A DNA stretch of 64,000 bases from Octopus bimaculoides (lineage: Eukaryota): NCBI RefSeq assembly GCF_001194135.2, contig NC_068991.1:35964918-36028917 (forward strand), read 5' to 3'. The notes below the pieces were generated by a model that saw only the letters and a list, made by a program, of their open reading frames with translations, was not told the origin of the DNA and did no database searches. Made by a program: the position numbers and the translations under genes. Below are positions 1 through 13,251 of the stretch, in pieces (the stretch's first letter is position 1; each line of letters opens with the position of its first letter).

Positions 1-74
<74 letters not shown>
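1..74. repeat. (CTA)n trinucleotide microsatellite, truncated by the window start
   Basis: Perfect ctacta... run read directly. Confidence 0.98.
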
Positions 75-75
<1 letters not shown>

Positions 76-1597
76 TGTGATTCTTATTTACGACTACAGG
101 CGCCTAGCACAGTGCAGTGTCTGACATGATACAACAAACAGGATACAATCCACAGACATTTTCCTGTCATCATGGCAGACCCCCAACACAACCTGCCGAC
201 AATATTTCATTGTATCAGTTATGTGAAAGGCACTCATATTTTAGAAGGGGTGCACAAATGGATAGCATAACGTTTACACTTTTTCCGGGATCATAAACGA
301 TGTAAATAATAAGAAATAGATGCATACAGTAATTGAAACCATTATGCAGTTTGGTTAGCCAGAAACATTTCAACCACCTCTAGTTTTGAATACTGAACAT
401 TAAACCAAGTTTACAGTGAACTGAATCGACTCCAAATTGATTGAAACAGTTTTAGTCCATTTCCTTGAAATATATTTCTTGCCAAGGTCTCTCGCTTGCA
501 AAAAATAAAATATAAGAAAAAAAGAAGAAAAACTAAATAGTTAGATTCTACAAAGCACTACTATAAACATTTTTTTCGAACTTCTTTTTCTTTGCAACAA
601 GATACATATTTAATTCTAACAAAATCCGAGTGATGGGTTTCCAAGTTACTTTAGCACTCTGACCTCATTTATAATGGCATGTTCCTGAACTAACATAGAT
701 ACAGAAAGCTTTGTCAAGATAGATCGTGTTTAAAAGATCACTCAAGATGTCGTATCAAAAAATGGTGTTGTAAAGAATTTGATATATATGCGTGCGTATG
801 TGTGCATTGATGCTATATGTTTGCGTAAGAATATAATATATTCTTCCTATGTATATATTATATGTGTATATGTTTCAGAAGAGTTGCTTCTGATCCATTT
901 CCTCTTCCAGATTAAATATAAAAGGACATAGACATTTACTAATAAATAACAAGCACCTCCTCTCAACTGCGTGCAACAATCGATTGTAGGTTAGATTATC
1001 ATTCTTCTGATGACAGTAACTGAGCAACAAACAAAACGAACAAGCCAATAACAACCTTGCAATCGAAACCAGAAAATACTCCTTGAATCACGGCAGCAGT
1101 TGTTCTTACGCATCACTGTAGATATGTATATGCGTATACATAAATGTATAAGTATGTATGTATACCAATAAACTAGCCAAGCTCCCAACAAATAGATTAA
1201 CAAATACACTCAAAAAGAAACTATAAGTGCCTTCAACAGATCATAAGGTTTCTAAATTTCTAATATCCTCCAGGCATTTTCACGCTTGTCGAATTCCAGT
1301 TGAGTGGACAGACATCAGAATGTTTGTTCTATTTTTCGCACAGGAAACATTAGACTGTTGAAATCAATAAGCAGACAGGTCTCCATGTAGGTTGAGTATG
1401 TATCATTAATCAAAGCCAAAAACTGAAAAGCCACCGTCTTTTTTCCCTATCTGTGATCCACAAGAAAATGTGCGTAAATATTCAGTACGTACTCTTAAAG
1501 ACGACTTAGCTGACACTGATAGCGGATGCAAGGTGGGAAGGGAATATTGTCCAGCGGGTATGAACGTTCAGCTGAAATTCTATTCATTCTTCAATAA

Positions 1598-1638
<41 letters not shown>

Positions 1639-1644
1639 GCTAGC

Positions 1645-1692
<48 letters not shown>
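1598..1692. repeat. Compound (TATC)n-(TGTC)n microsatellite
   Basis: Read directly; similar compound arrays recur at ~7783-8003, 26868-26960, 49241-49340 and 58251-58355. Confidence 0.95.
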
Positions 1693-1693
<1 letters not shown>

Positions 1694-2299
1694 TTCTCAT
1701 GAAATTAACACGGGTTAGTATGTATTTGAATATCATATATGATTACATGTATATGCATCAGTACNNNNNNNNNNNNNNNNNNNNNNNNNNNNNNNNNNNN
1801 NNNNNNNNNNNNNNNNNNNNNNNNNNNNNNNNNNNNNNNNNNNNNNNNNNNNNNNNNNNNNNNNNNNNNNNNNNNNNNNNNNNNNNNNNNNNNNNNNNNN
1901 NNNNNNNNNNNNNNNNNNNNNNNNNNNNNNNNNNNNNNNNNNNNNNNNNNNNNNNNNNNNNNNNNNNNNNNNNNNNNNNNNNNNNNNNNNNNNNNNNNNN
2001 NNNNNNNNNNNNNNNNNNNNNNNNNNNNNNNNNNNNNNNNNNNNNNNNNNNNNNNNNNNNNNNNNNNNNNNNNNNNNNNNNNNNNNNNNNNNNNNNNNNN
2101 NNNNNNNNNNNNNNNNNNNNNNNNNNNNNNCACTGATATGAGGCCCCGCTTGCTAGATCAACTGGTTATTAAATAAAGCTCAATATTTCTCTAACCATCG
2201 CTCTTCGTCTCTTTTTAACCAAATCCAGTGGCTAGCCTTCTCCACTGTAGTTTGGATATCGGTCATGGTGGTATTTATCTTACGATGAGTTAAGCCTAA

Positions 2300-3125
2300 C
2301 GATAACAGCAGTCATCTCACACTGTGTCCAACAAACCCTCTACATCCAACTTCGATTGGAAAATGCTCCGCTTTCTAGCCTGCGTCTTCACATTTCTTGA
2401 GGAGGTTTACATAACGGTCAATCTTTCGAGCCCGCGCGGCGTCCATGTTGTCTTCATGAGGAACCGTTAGCTCGACTAGATTTACAACTTCCCATCTTCC
2501 ACACCGCATTAAAGTGTCCGGTTTTTCCGTAACTGAGATGGGAAAGAATCCATGGCATCCAGGTAAATCTGCAGTCACTTCTCAATAGCCGTTCCACTTT
2601 TCATCTCTCACAGGAAGTTTCTTGTTCTTCTTTTTGAAACGGATCCGCTGACCTGAAAGCACGAAGGTAATAAAATCTCTAGATGGTTCTTTCAACGGTT
2701 TTTTCTGTGTTGTTGAGATGAATTTGGTTCTTCATAGCATTGAAGGTAACTTTCAGGACAATGTTGTGTTTCCATGTATACCTATTCAATGCTAAGGAAC
2801 AGTTGGAAAGAATATGTTTCAGTGTTCCGACGTTTCCGCATTTGCATATGTAATTCGCTGAGCCGTTCCATCTTACTAGATTCATAGGTGATGGCAAAAC
2901 ATCATAGGATGAACGAATCAGAAAACTTAGCCGAGATGTTGTCCACTTCCATATCTCATCCCAACATATTGGGATGAGATATGGAAGTGATTCAACTTAT
3001 GACAACGTCCCAATCTCACTTGTGTGAATTTTGGATAACTGCAGAAGAAAAATATTTTTTTGAAATAATTGATTGAGATTAGATATTCGCATTTAATGTT
3101 CAATTTAGACGGAACAACCAAACAA
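2300..3125 (-). mobile_element. Degenerate 3' fragment of a restriction-endonuclease (RLE) non-LTR retrotransposon, Hero/NeSL-like
   Basis: Minus ORFs 2679-2897 (CKCGNVGTLKHILSNC..RYTWKHNIVL, zinc knuckle plus RHN-type motif) and 2375-2578 (KPD..VELTVPHEDNMDAARARKIDRY, PD-(D/E)xK endonuclease). Frameshifted. Confidence 0.85.
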
Positions 3126-3225
3126 TTTTTGTCGGTAATTGTTCATAGAGGATTGTCAGTGTTGTGATACTAATTTCACAAAATGGCTATCTTCATTAAA
3201 ATTCAATTTTACACATACACTAATT

Positions 3226-3259
<34 letters not shown>

Positions 3260-3709
3260 NNNNNNNNNNNNNNNNNNNNNNNNNNNNNNNNNNNNNNNNN
3301 NNNNNNNNNNNNNNNNNNNNNNNNNNNNNNNNNNNNNNNNNNNNNNNNNNNNNNNNNNNNNNNNNNNNNNNNNNNNNNNNNNNNNNNNNNNNNNNNNNNN
3401 NNNNNNNNNNNNNNNNNNNNNNNNNNNNNNNNNNNNNNNNNNNNNNNNNNNNNNNNNNNNNNNNNNNNNNNNNNNNNNNNNNNNNNNNNNNNNNNNNNNN
3501 NNNNNNNNNNNNNNNNNNNNNNNNNNNNNNNNNNNNNNNNNNNNNNNNNNNNNNNNNNNNNNNNNNNNNNNNNNNNNNNNNNNNNNNNNNNNNNNNNNNN
3601 NNNNNNNNNNNNNNNNNNNNNNNNNNNNNNNNTATCATCAAAGTTTCAGTTATACTGAATTAAGAGAGAAAAAACAAGGGAGAAATGAAGAAAGTGAAAA
3701 AAGGGATTT

Positions 3710-5405
3710 GGATTACAGCTTCTCTGATCCTCTTTCCATCGTGTGTAAGAACTTTCGCTTGTAGCTGTGTGTTTTGGAATCCGGTGTATTTATAATTTTT
3801 TCCGCGAGCAGATATGATTTTTGATTCGTTAAAGTACTGGTGATGTCTTGTTTGTGGTCAAGTTTGTCGTTCTGTCTTGTTGGCTTCCCTGTGGGGAACG
3901 AGCATCAGTCGTTCCGGTTGGTTGATTCTCTTAAAGGTTCATTTTGTTGTATTTGTTTAAGTTCGGTTTTGATTGGTCTAGTGTTAACTGACGTCAGCAA
4001 CTGGTGTTTGTAAAATTTCATAGTGGCATCTGCAGCTGGTGTTTATATGGTGATTTGGAGTTGCAGTTTCGAAACCCGGGTGGAAGACTGTTACTAAAGT
4101 TTTAAAAATCTTTTGTTGTTCCTGGTTATCTTTTTTGTGGAGAAATTGAGTCTGTTTTCCTTTTTCTCTTTATTGTTTTTTCTTCTTTCTAAAGGATATT
4201 CAGCTGTGATTTATGTTTTAATGAGTATGCTTTCCTTATTTAAACGGAATTGGGTTGAAGTATTTCGGGTGCATTGATAGAGAGGGAAGATTTGGTATTT
4301 GGGGTTTATGTTTACGGGTCATTGGTCTACGTGTTTGCATACGATAATTTTCCTAGTCGTGGGGTCTCGGATTTGTTGCCTGTGCACTGTTAGTCTGTCC
4401 CCCAAGGTTAAACTAGTTTGATTTATGTAAGTCTCCACCACACCATCCACATTTGAGAACATGGGTTAAGCTCTTCGAGGCACAGGTGAAGTGATTTTTT
4501 TAATGGTAAAAGTTTGACCTGACTTAAATTTGTATGTTGAGCCCTCTAAGAGGAAGATGCAAGTTCTGAAGTTAGGGCGGTTGCACTTTTTGATTATTGG
4601 GGTTGTATTTCTGGTGGGTAATTTGGCGCTGGCGAGTAACTTTTTTAGGGATTGCGGTTGTCTCTTGCTTTTAATAATCCTATGTGTTTTCAGTGCCTTT
4701 TTCATTCGTAGGTCCTTCATAAGGAAGGGTATGGTTTGGGGATGATGTTGTATGCTTCCATGTTCCTCGGATTGTGTGTTGATACTTAAGGTAAAGTTTT
4801 AAGTGTGTCATTGTATTTTCTTGTTTTCCGTAACTCGTGGTTGTCTATCATTTTTGCACGTTCTGTTCCGTTTTTGATTAGACTGGCCGGGTATTTTTCT
4901 ATCTTGCAATGTGTTTTTAAGTTCTTGGAGTTGCTTTTCTCGGGTTTCGGAATTTGATATAATCGTGCAAATTCTTCTTGCTAAGTTGAACGGTATATTT
5001 ATTTTAGTATGTTTTGGATAGCAAGAGGAGAATAGGTGATATTTTTTGAGTCCGTCGGCTTGAAGATCTCGGTTTCAATTTCAGTTGCCGACGTCACCTA
5101 TTGGACCAATGAAATTTTACAAACACCAGTTGCTGACGTCAGTTAACACTAGACCAATCAAAACCGAACTTCAGCAAATACAACAAAATGACCATTTAAG
5201 AGAATCAACCAATCGGAACAGGGAAGCCAACCAGGTAGAACGACAAACTTGACCACCGGAAAAACAAGACGTCACCAGTATTTAACGAATCAAAAATCAT
5301 ATCCGCTCGCGGAAAAAATTATAAGTATACCGGATTCTAAAACACACAGCTACAAGTGAAAGTTCCTACACACGACGGAAAGAGGATCTAAGAAACTGTA
5401 ATCCA
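3710..5405 (-). mobile_element. Penelope-like element fragment (C-terminal/GIY-YIG-proximal region) flanked by ~300-bp inverted terminal arms
   Basis: ORF 4466-4720 (KKCNRPNFRTC...FKSGQTFTIKK) matches the region before the GIY-YIG domain of the copy at 40477-41022. 3711-4021 is the reverse complement of 5110-5405 at high identity. The right arm runs into an N-gap. Confidence 0.85.
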
Positions 5406-7129
5406 NNNNNNNNNNNNNNNNNNNNNNNNNNNNNNNNNNNNNNNNNNNNNNNNNNNNNNNNNNNNNNNNNNNNNNNNNNNNNNNNNNNNNNNNNNNNNNN
5501 NNNNNNNNNNNNNNNNNNNNNNNNNNNNNNNNNNNNNNNNNNNNNNNNNNNNNNNNNNNNNNNNNNNNNNNNNNNNNNNNNNNNNNNNNNNNNNNNNNNN
5601 NNNNNNNNNNNNNNNNNNNNNNNNNNNNNNNNNNNNNNNNNNNNNNNNNNNNNNNNNNNNNNNNNNNNNNNNNNNNNNNNNNNNNNNNNNNNNNNNNNNN
5701 NNNNNNNNNNNNNNNNNNNNNNNNNNNNNNNNNNNNNNNNNNNNNNNNNNNNNNNNNNNNNNNNNNNNNNNNNNNNNNNNNNNNNNNNNNNNNNNNNNNN
5801 NNNNNNNNNNNNNNNNNNNNNNNNNNNNNNNNNNNNNNNNNNNNNNNNNNNNNNNNNNNNNNNNNNNNNNNNNNNNNNNNNNNNNNNNNNNNNNNNNNNN
5901 NNNNNNNNNNNNNNNNNNNNNNNNNNNNNNNNNNNNNNNNNNNNNNNNNNNNNNNNNNNNNATATATATATGAAATAATTATAATCCTGGCAATCGCCTC
6001 ATTAGCACATCAAGCTGTCTAGCATGGTATTCCAAAATCAAAAGAAGATCGGTAAGATTTCGACTGAGATAACTGGAAACACACCAAGGTAAGCTCCAGT
6101 AGACTCGATATAAGTCCCGCAGAATGAATGATAAAAGTAATAATTTAAACAAGGAAAGAAATCAAATCGACATTGGAATTGTTTCTGTAAACGGACGATT
6201 TAAAAAAATTCTATATCTCATTCACTATTATTCAATTCATACAATGTTATGCCATAATATATGGAAATATGTAATAATCCTATAGTCGATATATTACTTC
6301 CATTTGTGCTTATAAACTGTCATACAATGTTATCAAAAACCCAGTTTCTCCATCTTTACAATTCTGAAGATTTTTTTTCCATAAAATACTTGAATCATTC
6401 GCAATGAATAGATATTATATCGACAAGAAATCATTAAATAATTTGGGTGCAGACACCATATTATCCGGATCTCCATTTCCTTTTTGTATATACACGGGAC
6501 ATAAATAATTTTGAAAAATGACTTTATAATTATTAAGAATTAGTTAATGTTCCTTCATAATTATTGATTTATGCTATTGACACTGAACCACCCATTTTAG
6601 TGTTGGGCAGTTAATCACATTGATACATAATATTTGACTAAAACTTTATTCTATCATTCCGAGAGGATTGCAAGCAAAGTTGACCTGAACGGGATTAAAC
6701 TGATTCTAAAATATTTTGACAATGATATTCTTCTTATTAATTTTTCCATTTTGTTTTTGTTTGCTCCGGATAAATTTCTTTATGCAACATATTCACAATA
6801 TAATCTGTTGCGTTTCTATTCACATATTTCATTCCGCACCTATTTCCCCTGATATTTTGAAAGTAAATAATTTCATTAAGACTAGCTGAGCTGTTTCGTT
6901 CTGTTAACATCGTCTCCAATTTGTTTTATTGTTGTTTCATTTTTCCTTGTCTCACACTTCATTTCTCAACTTTCGTTCAAACAGTTACTGAGTCAAATAG
7001 AGGAAAGGGAAAATAACAAGAAATTTTCAAGCGGCAGAAGGTTGGTGTATTGAAACAAAATTTCCTCATACAATTGCTTAATGTACGACTAAAATGTTTG
7101 CTATTTCAACCAGACACATAACTAATTAT

Positions 7130-7760
7130 GTGATAGAGAACTAACATGGAAAGGGAAAATTACTTAATAATTAAAATCAGCTTCAGTAAGCTGTTCAAGG
7201 AAGTGAAAGCTACAAAAATATTAGATTCACTAAAGTTTATGACTGAAACAAATTGCATAAAGTAGAAGACATATATTGCAATAGTCCAGATGAATTTTTA
7301 CAAACATTGCAAACTACCATCATGGGATCGATCTACGATTCATTCTAATTAGAAGAAATCATTGTGATGGGATGTACTTTATCGTTGGTTTTCTTTGAAA
7401 TGACAGTAAACCTTTGGAGCTGGGAATTGAGAAAACAGAGACCAAGGATTTTTATACACTATCTTACGCATCATCATTTCTCGAGAGGTGCTCAGAAGTC
7501 AATTGAGTAAGAATGAAACTAAGATCATCAAACTCTTGGCCTTAGCAAATGGTCATCAGGAAATATTTATATCGAAGTTGAATATATCCCATTCACCGCA
7601 GATAAATCATCGAAATGTCCAAGAAATGGAGAGAGCGTAAGGAAACTTCAGCAACCACAGACTGTATGAAAGTGACATACCAGTATTGGAATCTTGAAGT
7701 TTCAATACCTGAGAATAATCAACATACTCACTTAGAAGGAAAACGTAAAACTAAGTAGGA
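7130..7760 (+). mobile_element. Highly decayed RT fragment, possibly an RLE-type LINE
   Basis: Manual translation near 7340-7410 gives IVMGCTLSLVFFEMTVNL, resembling the GxxxGCxxSPxLF RT motif; otherwise broken. Confidence 0.35.
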
Positions 7761-7781
7761 GCAGGGTAATCTCAGCAGTAC

Positions 7782-7858
<77 letters not shown>

Positions 7859-8459
7859 CCTACCTACCTACCTACCTACCTACCTACCTACATACATACA
7901 TACATACTAACATTCATACTTACATAATACATGCATGCATGCATTCATGCATGCATGCATTCATGCATGCATGCATACATACATACATACATACATACAT
8001 ACACAGTGGCAGTGAACTCACGACCGAACAAGACTACTTCCTAATTTCAGTAAGACCATGCAAATATTCCGAGACGCCAAGAAGTTCCTGTGCGTGAGTC
8101 CGTTTGAGTGTTGCATTGCCCTGGACCCACTTTTCAGTGCACTCATCTATAACACCAATGACACAACAAGGATTGAGAGTACCAGAAACCGACTACACGT
8201 CAGGTATTTTTAAACCTTCTCCTATAAGTAAGTTCACATGCTAGTTAACTCATGACTGGGACCATAACGTGTGCTACAGCTCTGGATGATAATAGAACTG
8301 GGAACAATAGTAGCTAAGAGGAGGTTCCACACTCCTTAAAACCTTGAAACTCCGTACCACGGTCCCACTACTGGATGCTGTTTAAAACCATGCTAAGGAC
8401 ATACATACATACATAACACAAAGCATACAAATCTGCACATATACATGCATACAAAAATA

Positions 8460-8880
8460 CCCTGCTGATGTTGAAATTCCAGTGACAGAGCCTTGGATTT
8501 AGGTATGAAACCGGCTCTTTCTCTATTGGCAAAAAATCTTGAAATAAAACTGAATGATGACATACATACATACATCGACAACTGCTTCGAAACCTCCATG
8601 TCTATATCCAGACTATGAATTCACATTCATACCAATAATGACTGGGACACTAGGCTTTGTTAGGAAATGCTTAAAGAAGAATTTGGATAAACTGGGATTT
8701 TCAGAAAGAGAAATTGACCGACTAATTCGTACATTACAAGTCCAATCTGTGAGTGGAACAGTAAAAATATGCAAGACTTTTCTCAAGTTCCAAATGTGAA
8801 TTTGTCTCTGTTGACTACATCCCAGAGATGGAGCCTTCTATCCTTGTTGGAAACCTGCTCTCTCCTCAGTGGAAGATTTA
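8460..8880 (+). mobile_element. 3' end (endonuclease C-terminus + 3' UTR) of an R4/Dong-like RLE LINE
   Basis: ORF 8554-8799 (LYPDYEFTFIPIMTGTLG...SVSGTVKICKTFLKF). Same family as 42845-43100: shared gtg(g/a)aacagtaaaaatatgcaagact. Confidence 0.8.
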
Positions 8881-9904
8881 TAATAATTAAATATAGAAGA
8901 TACATACATACATACATACATAAATACATACATAACTGTTTTCCTGAATTGTAAATATTTCGTTCTGTAGATCTTTAGATCGTCAACGTGCAAAGGTTAT
9001 AAGTTACATGGTATGGCTTAATGTTTCTCCGCGTCATATAAAAGACTGAAAGTTTTGCAAAATAAATAAACGTGCATGTAAACCATCTCCTTCGAATATT
9101 TCTTCTGAAAAATTTATCGCATTAAGGATATCATTTTATAAGGATGAGCAATATTGATGTAAGCCTTTTGAATGATATAAAGTAGTGAAGAAGCCATCAG
9201 TGTAGAATAGAGTCAAACACCTTTCTTTAATCAAACTATTTTATCACAAGATTTCATTTACGCAACACAGATTTATGAAATGTTCTTTGGCGTCACATCC
9301 TCTTATTTCCATTAGTTTGTTCATCAGTCACTTCTTAGACTCGTAATCAGTCCTTGAGTCAGTCTATGAAAAGTCTGTTACATTTTCATACATAATATTT
9401 AAGTATAGTTTTCTAACAATTTTCTCTTGTCATTTTGTCCGTGCTATGCCTAGCCAATGAAGTAACTTCCACAGCTTTTTCAAAATATATATGAGACCAT
9501 GTAAAACGTTGACATTTTATATCGTTTTCCACTATTTGTTGGTCATCCTATTATGCAGCTTTCCCATAGTTTCCGTGAAAGTGAGAGAACTGGTGGGGCA
9601 TGTTGATGTTGATACAGTATTCCTTCCTAGTTGTTCTCTTCCATTGTACATTATAGTTGATTTTCTCCACATTACAATATTCAAATTGGTAGTATGATTC
9701 AAGAGCTTCATGAGAAAAAGCTATTTTTACATTAGATATATTGTTTTATTTCTCATCCAATGAAGTTTTTAAGAAACACAATTGTAATTAATGCAAATTC
9801 CTTGGTGTAGGTTTTAGGAGAACAATCTTTTTTTCACTCAGAGAGCTCATATGTGGGAGTAGAATTCGAATGTGAGCCTCACTTTCAGTTCTACTCCCAT
9901 ATCT

Positions 9905-11480
9905 GAGACGATGCTGGTGATACGCACTAAGATATCCTGAGTTTGTGGAGTGTTAGCAGTTGTTGGGAGATAAAATAGTTTCTGGCCCTGAAGAGAAGGG
10001 CTTGCCTTTGAGATGTTGCCTAGCTATACATAGGATGTGGTTCGACCAGGAAAAATCCCCGATTGAGGCTGAAGACAAGCGTTTACTACGATCATCAGAG
10101 CTCTACCCGAGTGACGCTCGTGCTTTGGGATTGTAGTGCAGTGGTGTTTCCTTGATGTGAGAAGTAATGAGCTCTTTTGATTTTAAAGGAGATAAAGTTG
10201 AAATGACCCTACTAAAAATGCTCTCCAGTTATCCGTTCATGGAATGAATGCCTGGTTGGCATGTTGATGCATGATTGAGGAACGTTCGAGAGTAATGAAG
10301 GGTGCGATTTACATAAGAGTGTGCGTTGTTAGATGTGATGCTAGGTAGGCCATTAAGTATAGGAAGAATAGAGTGGAAGGGAGGTAAAAACCTAACCCAG
10401 GGGAACACCAGAATTGACTGAGAGTAGGAAAGAGATATCTTCAATTACAAATGCCACGATGTTGTGATCAAACAAGAAGCTACCGATCCATGACATGAAA
10501 ATGAATGGGTTTCGTAGGTAGAAAACTTCGACTGGAGATTTGCATGCCAGACACAGTTGAAGGGTTTGCTAATGTCAGGACAACAACATTACACCGAAAT
10601 TCAATAATGCGAGAGTCCTCAAGCGAGTGGCGTAAGAGTGGGTCTGGTTTTGTGGAAGCGATATTATAGGTCATTGAGGAGAGTGAGAAAGAGAAGGAGG
10701 TAGGAAAACGTTGTTAATTGTCGTCTTCGTTATTTTAAAGATGAAGAGTTGAGAGAAATAGGATGATGGTTGGCTGTGTTGGAGGGTTTTTCTTTCTTTT
10801 GAATAGGGCATACTGATGAGTGCTTCAAATGGCAGGGAATACTTCCATAAAGAGTGAGAGACTAAAGATTTTGGCGAGCATAGGAGCAAGTTCTATGTTT
10901 GAGTGTAATGGATAGGACATTGTAAGGGGCGATGCTTTATTTTGGCGAATGTGTATGTAAGGTAGGGAGCCTGGTAGGGTTGCAGAAGGTATATTTGGAA
11001 GGAATTAACCAGGGTTGTGTAGTGTGTAGTTGGATCAAAGCTGGTGGGGGCTTTGCCCATGGAGCTACTGCTTATATAGCAAACATTATTTAGAAGAGGA
11101 GGAAAAGAGTTGGTGGAGATTCTTTTGATAACAGACCAAGAGAACCGAATGTAGTTTGGGAAGTGCGAGAGACTGAAATCATATAAAGCACAAAGGCATC
11201 CTTAGCACTCCGGATAGCGGTCTTACTAGAGCTGTGAGAGCAAACCAGGTTTGGGAAGTGGATGAAATTCTTTAGGTGATGCAGACCTTGTGTTTTGTTT
11301 TTCCTAAAGGGCAGCAGCATAGTCAGAAGTGAATCACTTGGGAAAACTTGAGTCATGGAATTTTTGTTGGTGTATAGGATGTGGAAGAACATGGACAAAA
11401 GGATGCATTCAGTCACCCGCCTATCTGTTTCTGATAGAGCAGAAGTAAAATAGGGTATCCTGCTAAGGACACTTCGTATC
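9905..11480 (-). mobile_element. Degenerate LINE reverse transcriptase region (CR1/L2/Jockey group)
   Basis: Frameshifted minus-strand translation: CPIQKKEKPSNTANHHPISL (PVPKKGD..NYRPISL-like), DISKPFNCVWH (DISKAFDRVWH-like), VNSGVPLG (GVPQGS-like), LLFRARNYF..QLLTL. Confidence 0.8.
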
Positions 11481-11879
11481 AAAAGACCGTATTTATCTAT
11501 TGATACAGAATAATTTTATATAAATGAATGAATATTTTCAGGTACATGTATGGACGAACATGCTTATGCGTGCATATGCTTTCAAGGCTATTTATATGTA
11601 TATATTTGCATTCAGTGTGTGTATGTCGGTGTGTACGTATGTGGGAGAATACGCCACAAAGTTGCTTAGCTTATGATATTCATTTGTACAAAATGAACAG
11701 TGGATACCAATAATGATTCCATTATATGTATGTCTATGTGTGATAATATACTATGTAGCAGAGTTCACTTTTCCGTATACATGTGTGTGTGAGTGTGTGT
11801 GAGTGTGTGTGAGTGTGTGTGTGTGCGAGTGTGTGTATGTGTGTGTGAATATTGGTATTGACTAGCTACTAGCCGATCA

Positions 11880-12230
11880 TTGACCTTCAACCGATCAAAG
11901 CAAGGCTCTCCTTGCCTTTGTACTGCCTTTCTCCTCTTTCCTTATTCTCCCTCTACCTCGAATCTCACACTTTTCCTTTCTCTCTATCCTGTGACCATTT
12001 TTCTTTCAAACATTTGCAATAATTGATTCTTCATTATGTCCACTCATGCTTTTGCCACGCTCTCAAAGACAAAGAGTAAAACAAGAAAAATACTTCCCTG
12101 AAGAAGCATTCTGCTGGAACAGTCGGTAATTTTTCTCCCAGTGGAATACAAACTGTACGAATAAAAGTGTTTACCGACGTAAATTCCATTTTTGTCTTTT
12201 CATCGGAACTATAGAAACTTCTTTGAAAAG
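11880..12230 (+). mobile_element. Putative Penelope-like terminal repeat fragment with a hammerhead-like core
   Basis: Pyrimidine-rich tract followed by cctgaagaagcattctgctggaacagtcgg at 12097-12126, an architecture typical of PLE pseudo-LTR ends. No adjacent PLE ORF recognised. Confidence 0.5.
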
Positions 12231-13217
12231 AGGTTACTACAGTTCTATCATTACCTTATATCACTACCATTGCATTTATTTTCATACCCGCTACTTCCTT
12301 ACTACATTCCTATCGATTCACCCTAAATACGTCACAACTATCTTTAACGGCCACTATAAGTCACCACTACCGCGACTATACTCTTCGAACCAGCATTCTA
12401 CCGGTGACAGGACAAAACCAAAAGATGAACGAATACGCGCGAAAATTACCCTGGATAGAGTACCAACGTTCAGAATTAGATCCAGGTACATAATTCTATC
12501 GATCCTGGAAGAAAGGAAAAATGGTAAAGTCAGCAGGGCTTGCACACAAATACACAGCTAAATGCTTCAATGTATTTTGTAAGAAATAGTCCATAATTTC
12601 TGTTTGTGTAATATTCCTCAAGTAAAACTACTCTACATCATCAGAAGCTCAATGAAGACGATGGAAAATGCGAATGAATTTGTTGTATTTGAAGTGTAGA
12701 ACATTGCAATTAAATGAATGCAGGTATGGGCAACTCGCGACACTTGAATCGTATATTACAACACACATTATATGAACATAATTATTTTAACCCTAATAAT
12801 TAAAGCAATTGTTTTCCCTTTCCTTCTTTATCCACATTTTCTCACGCTTATTTTTTTTTAGAATGAGTTACTTAGAATAATCTATGTTGTCTTCTCTGTT
12901 ATATGCAATATTAAAATATTGCTTTAGTTGTGATTCGATTTATTGTGAGTAATACGTATAAAGCCCACTGGTAGAGAAAGGTTTCCCGTGTCTGATGTAA
13001 TACCTTGTGTAAAATGCAATACAAGATGATTAAACTCTAAGGTTATTGTCAATAAAACGTGTTTTAAAAAAAGTTTACAGTTGAACATCTGTTGGCTTAT
13101 GAGTCGAATTAAAAAATTTACAAGCATCTTGCTTAACACTCTACATACATATATACATAGGTATACACACATACGCACGCTCAAACACACAAACAAACAT
13201 ACACACACACAAACACA

Positions 13218-13251
<34 letters not shown>

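Noticed and set aside
126-296. Short plus ORF MIQQTGYNPQTFSCHHGRPP... after a tacag acceptor-like site
   Set aside because: About 56 aa, no recognisable motif and no supporting donor.
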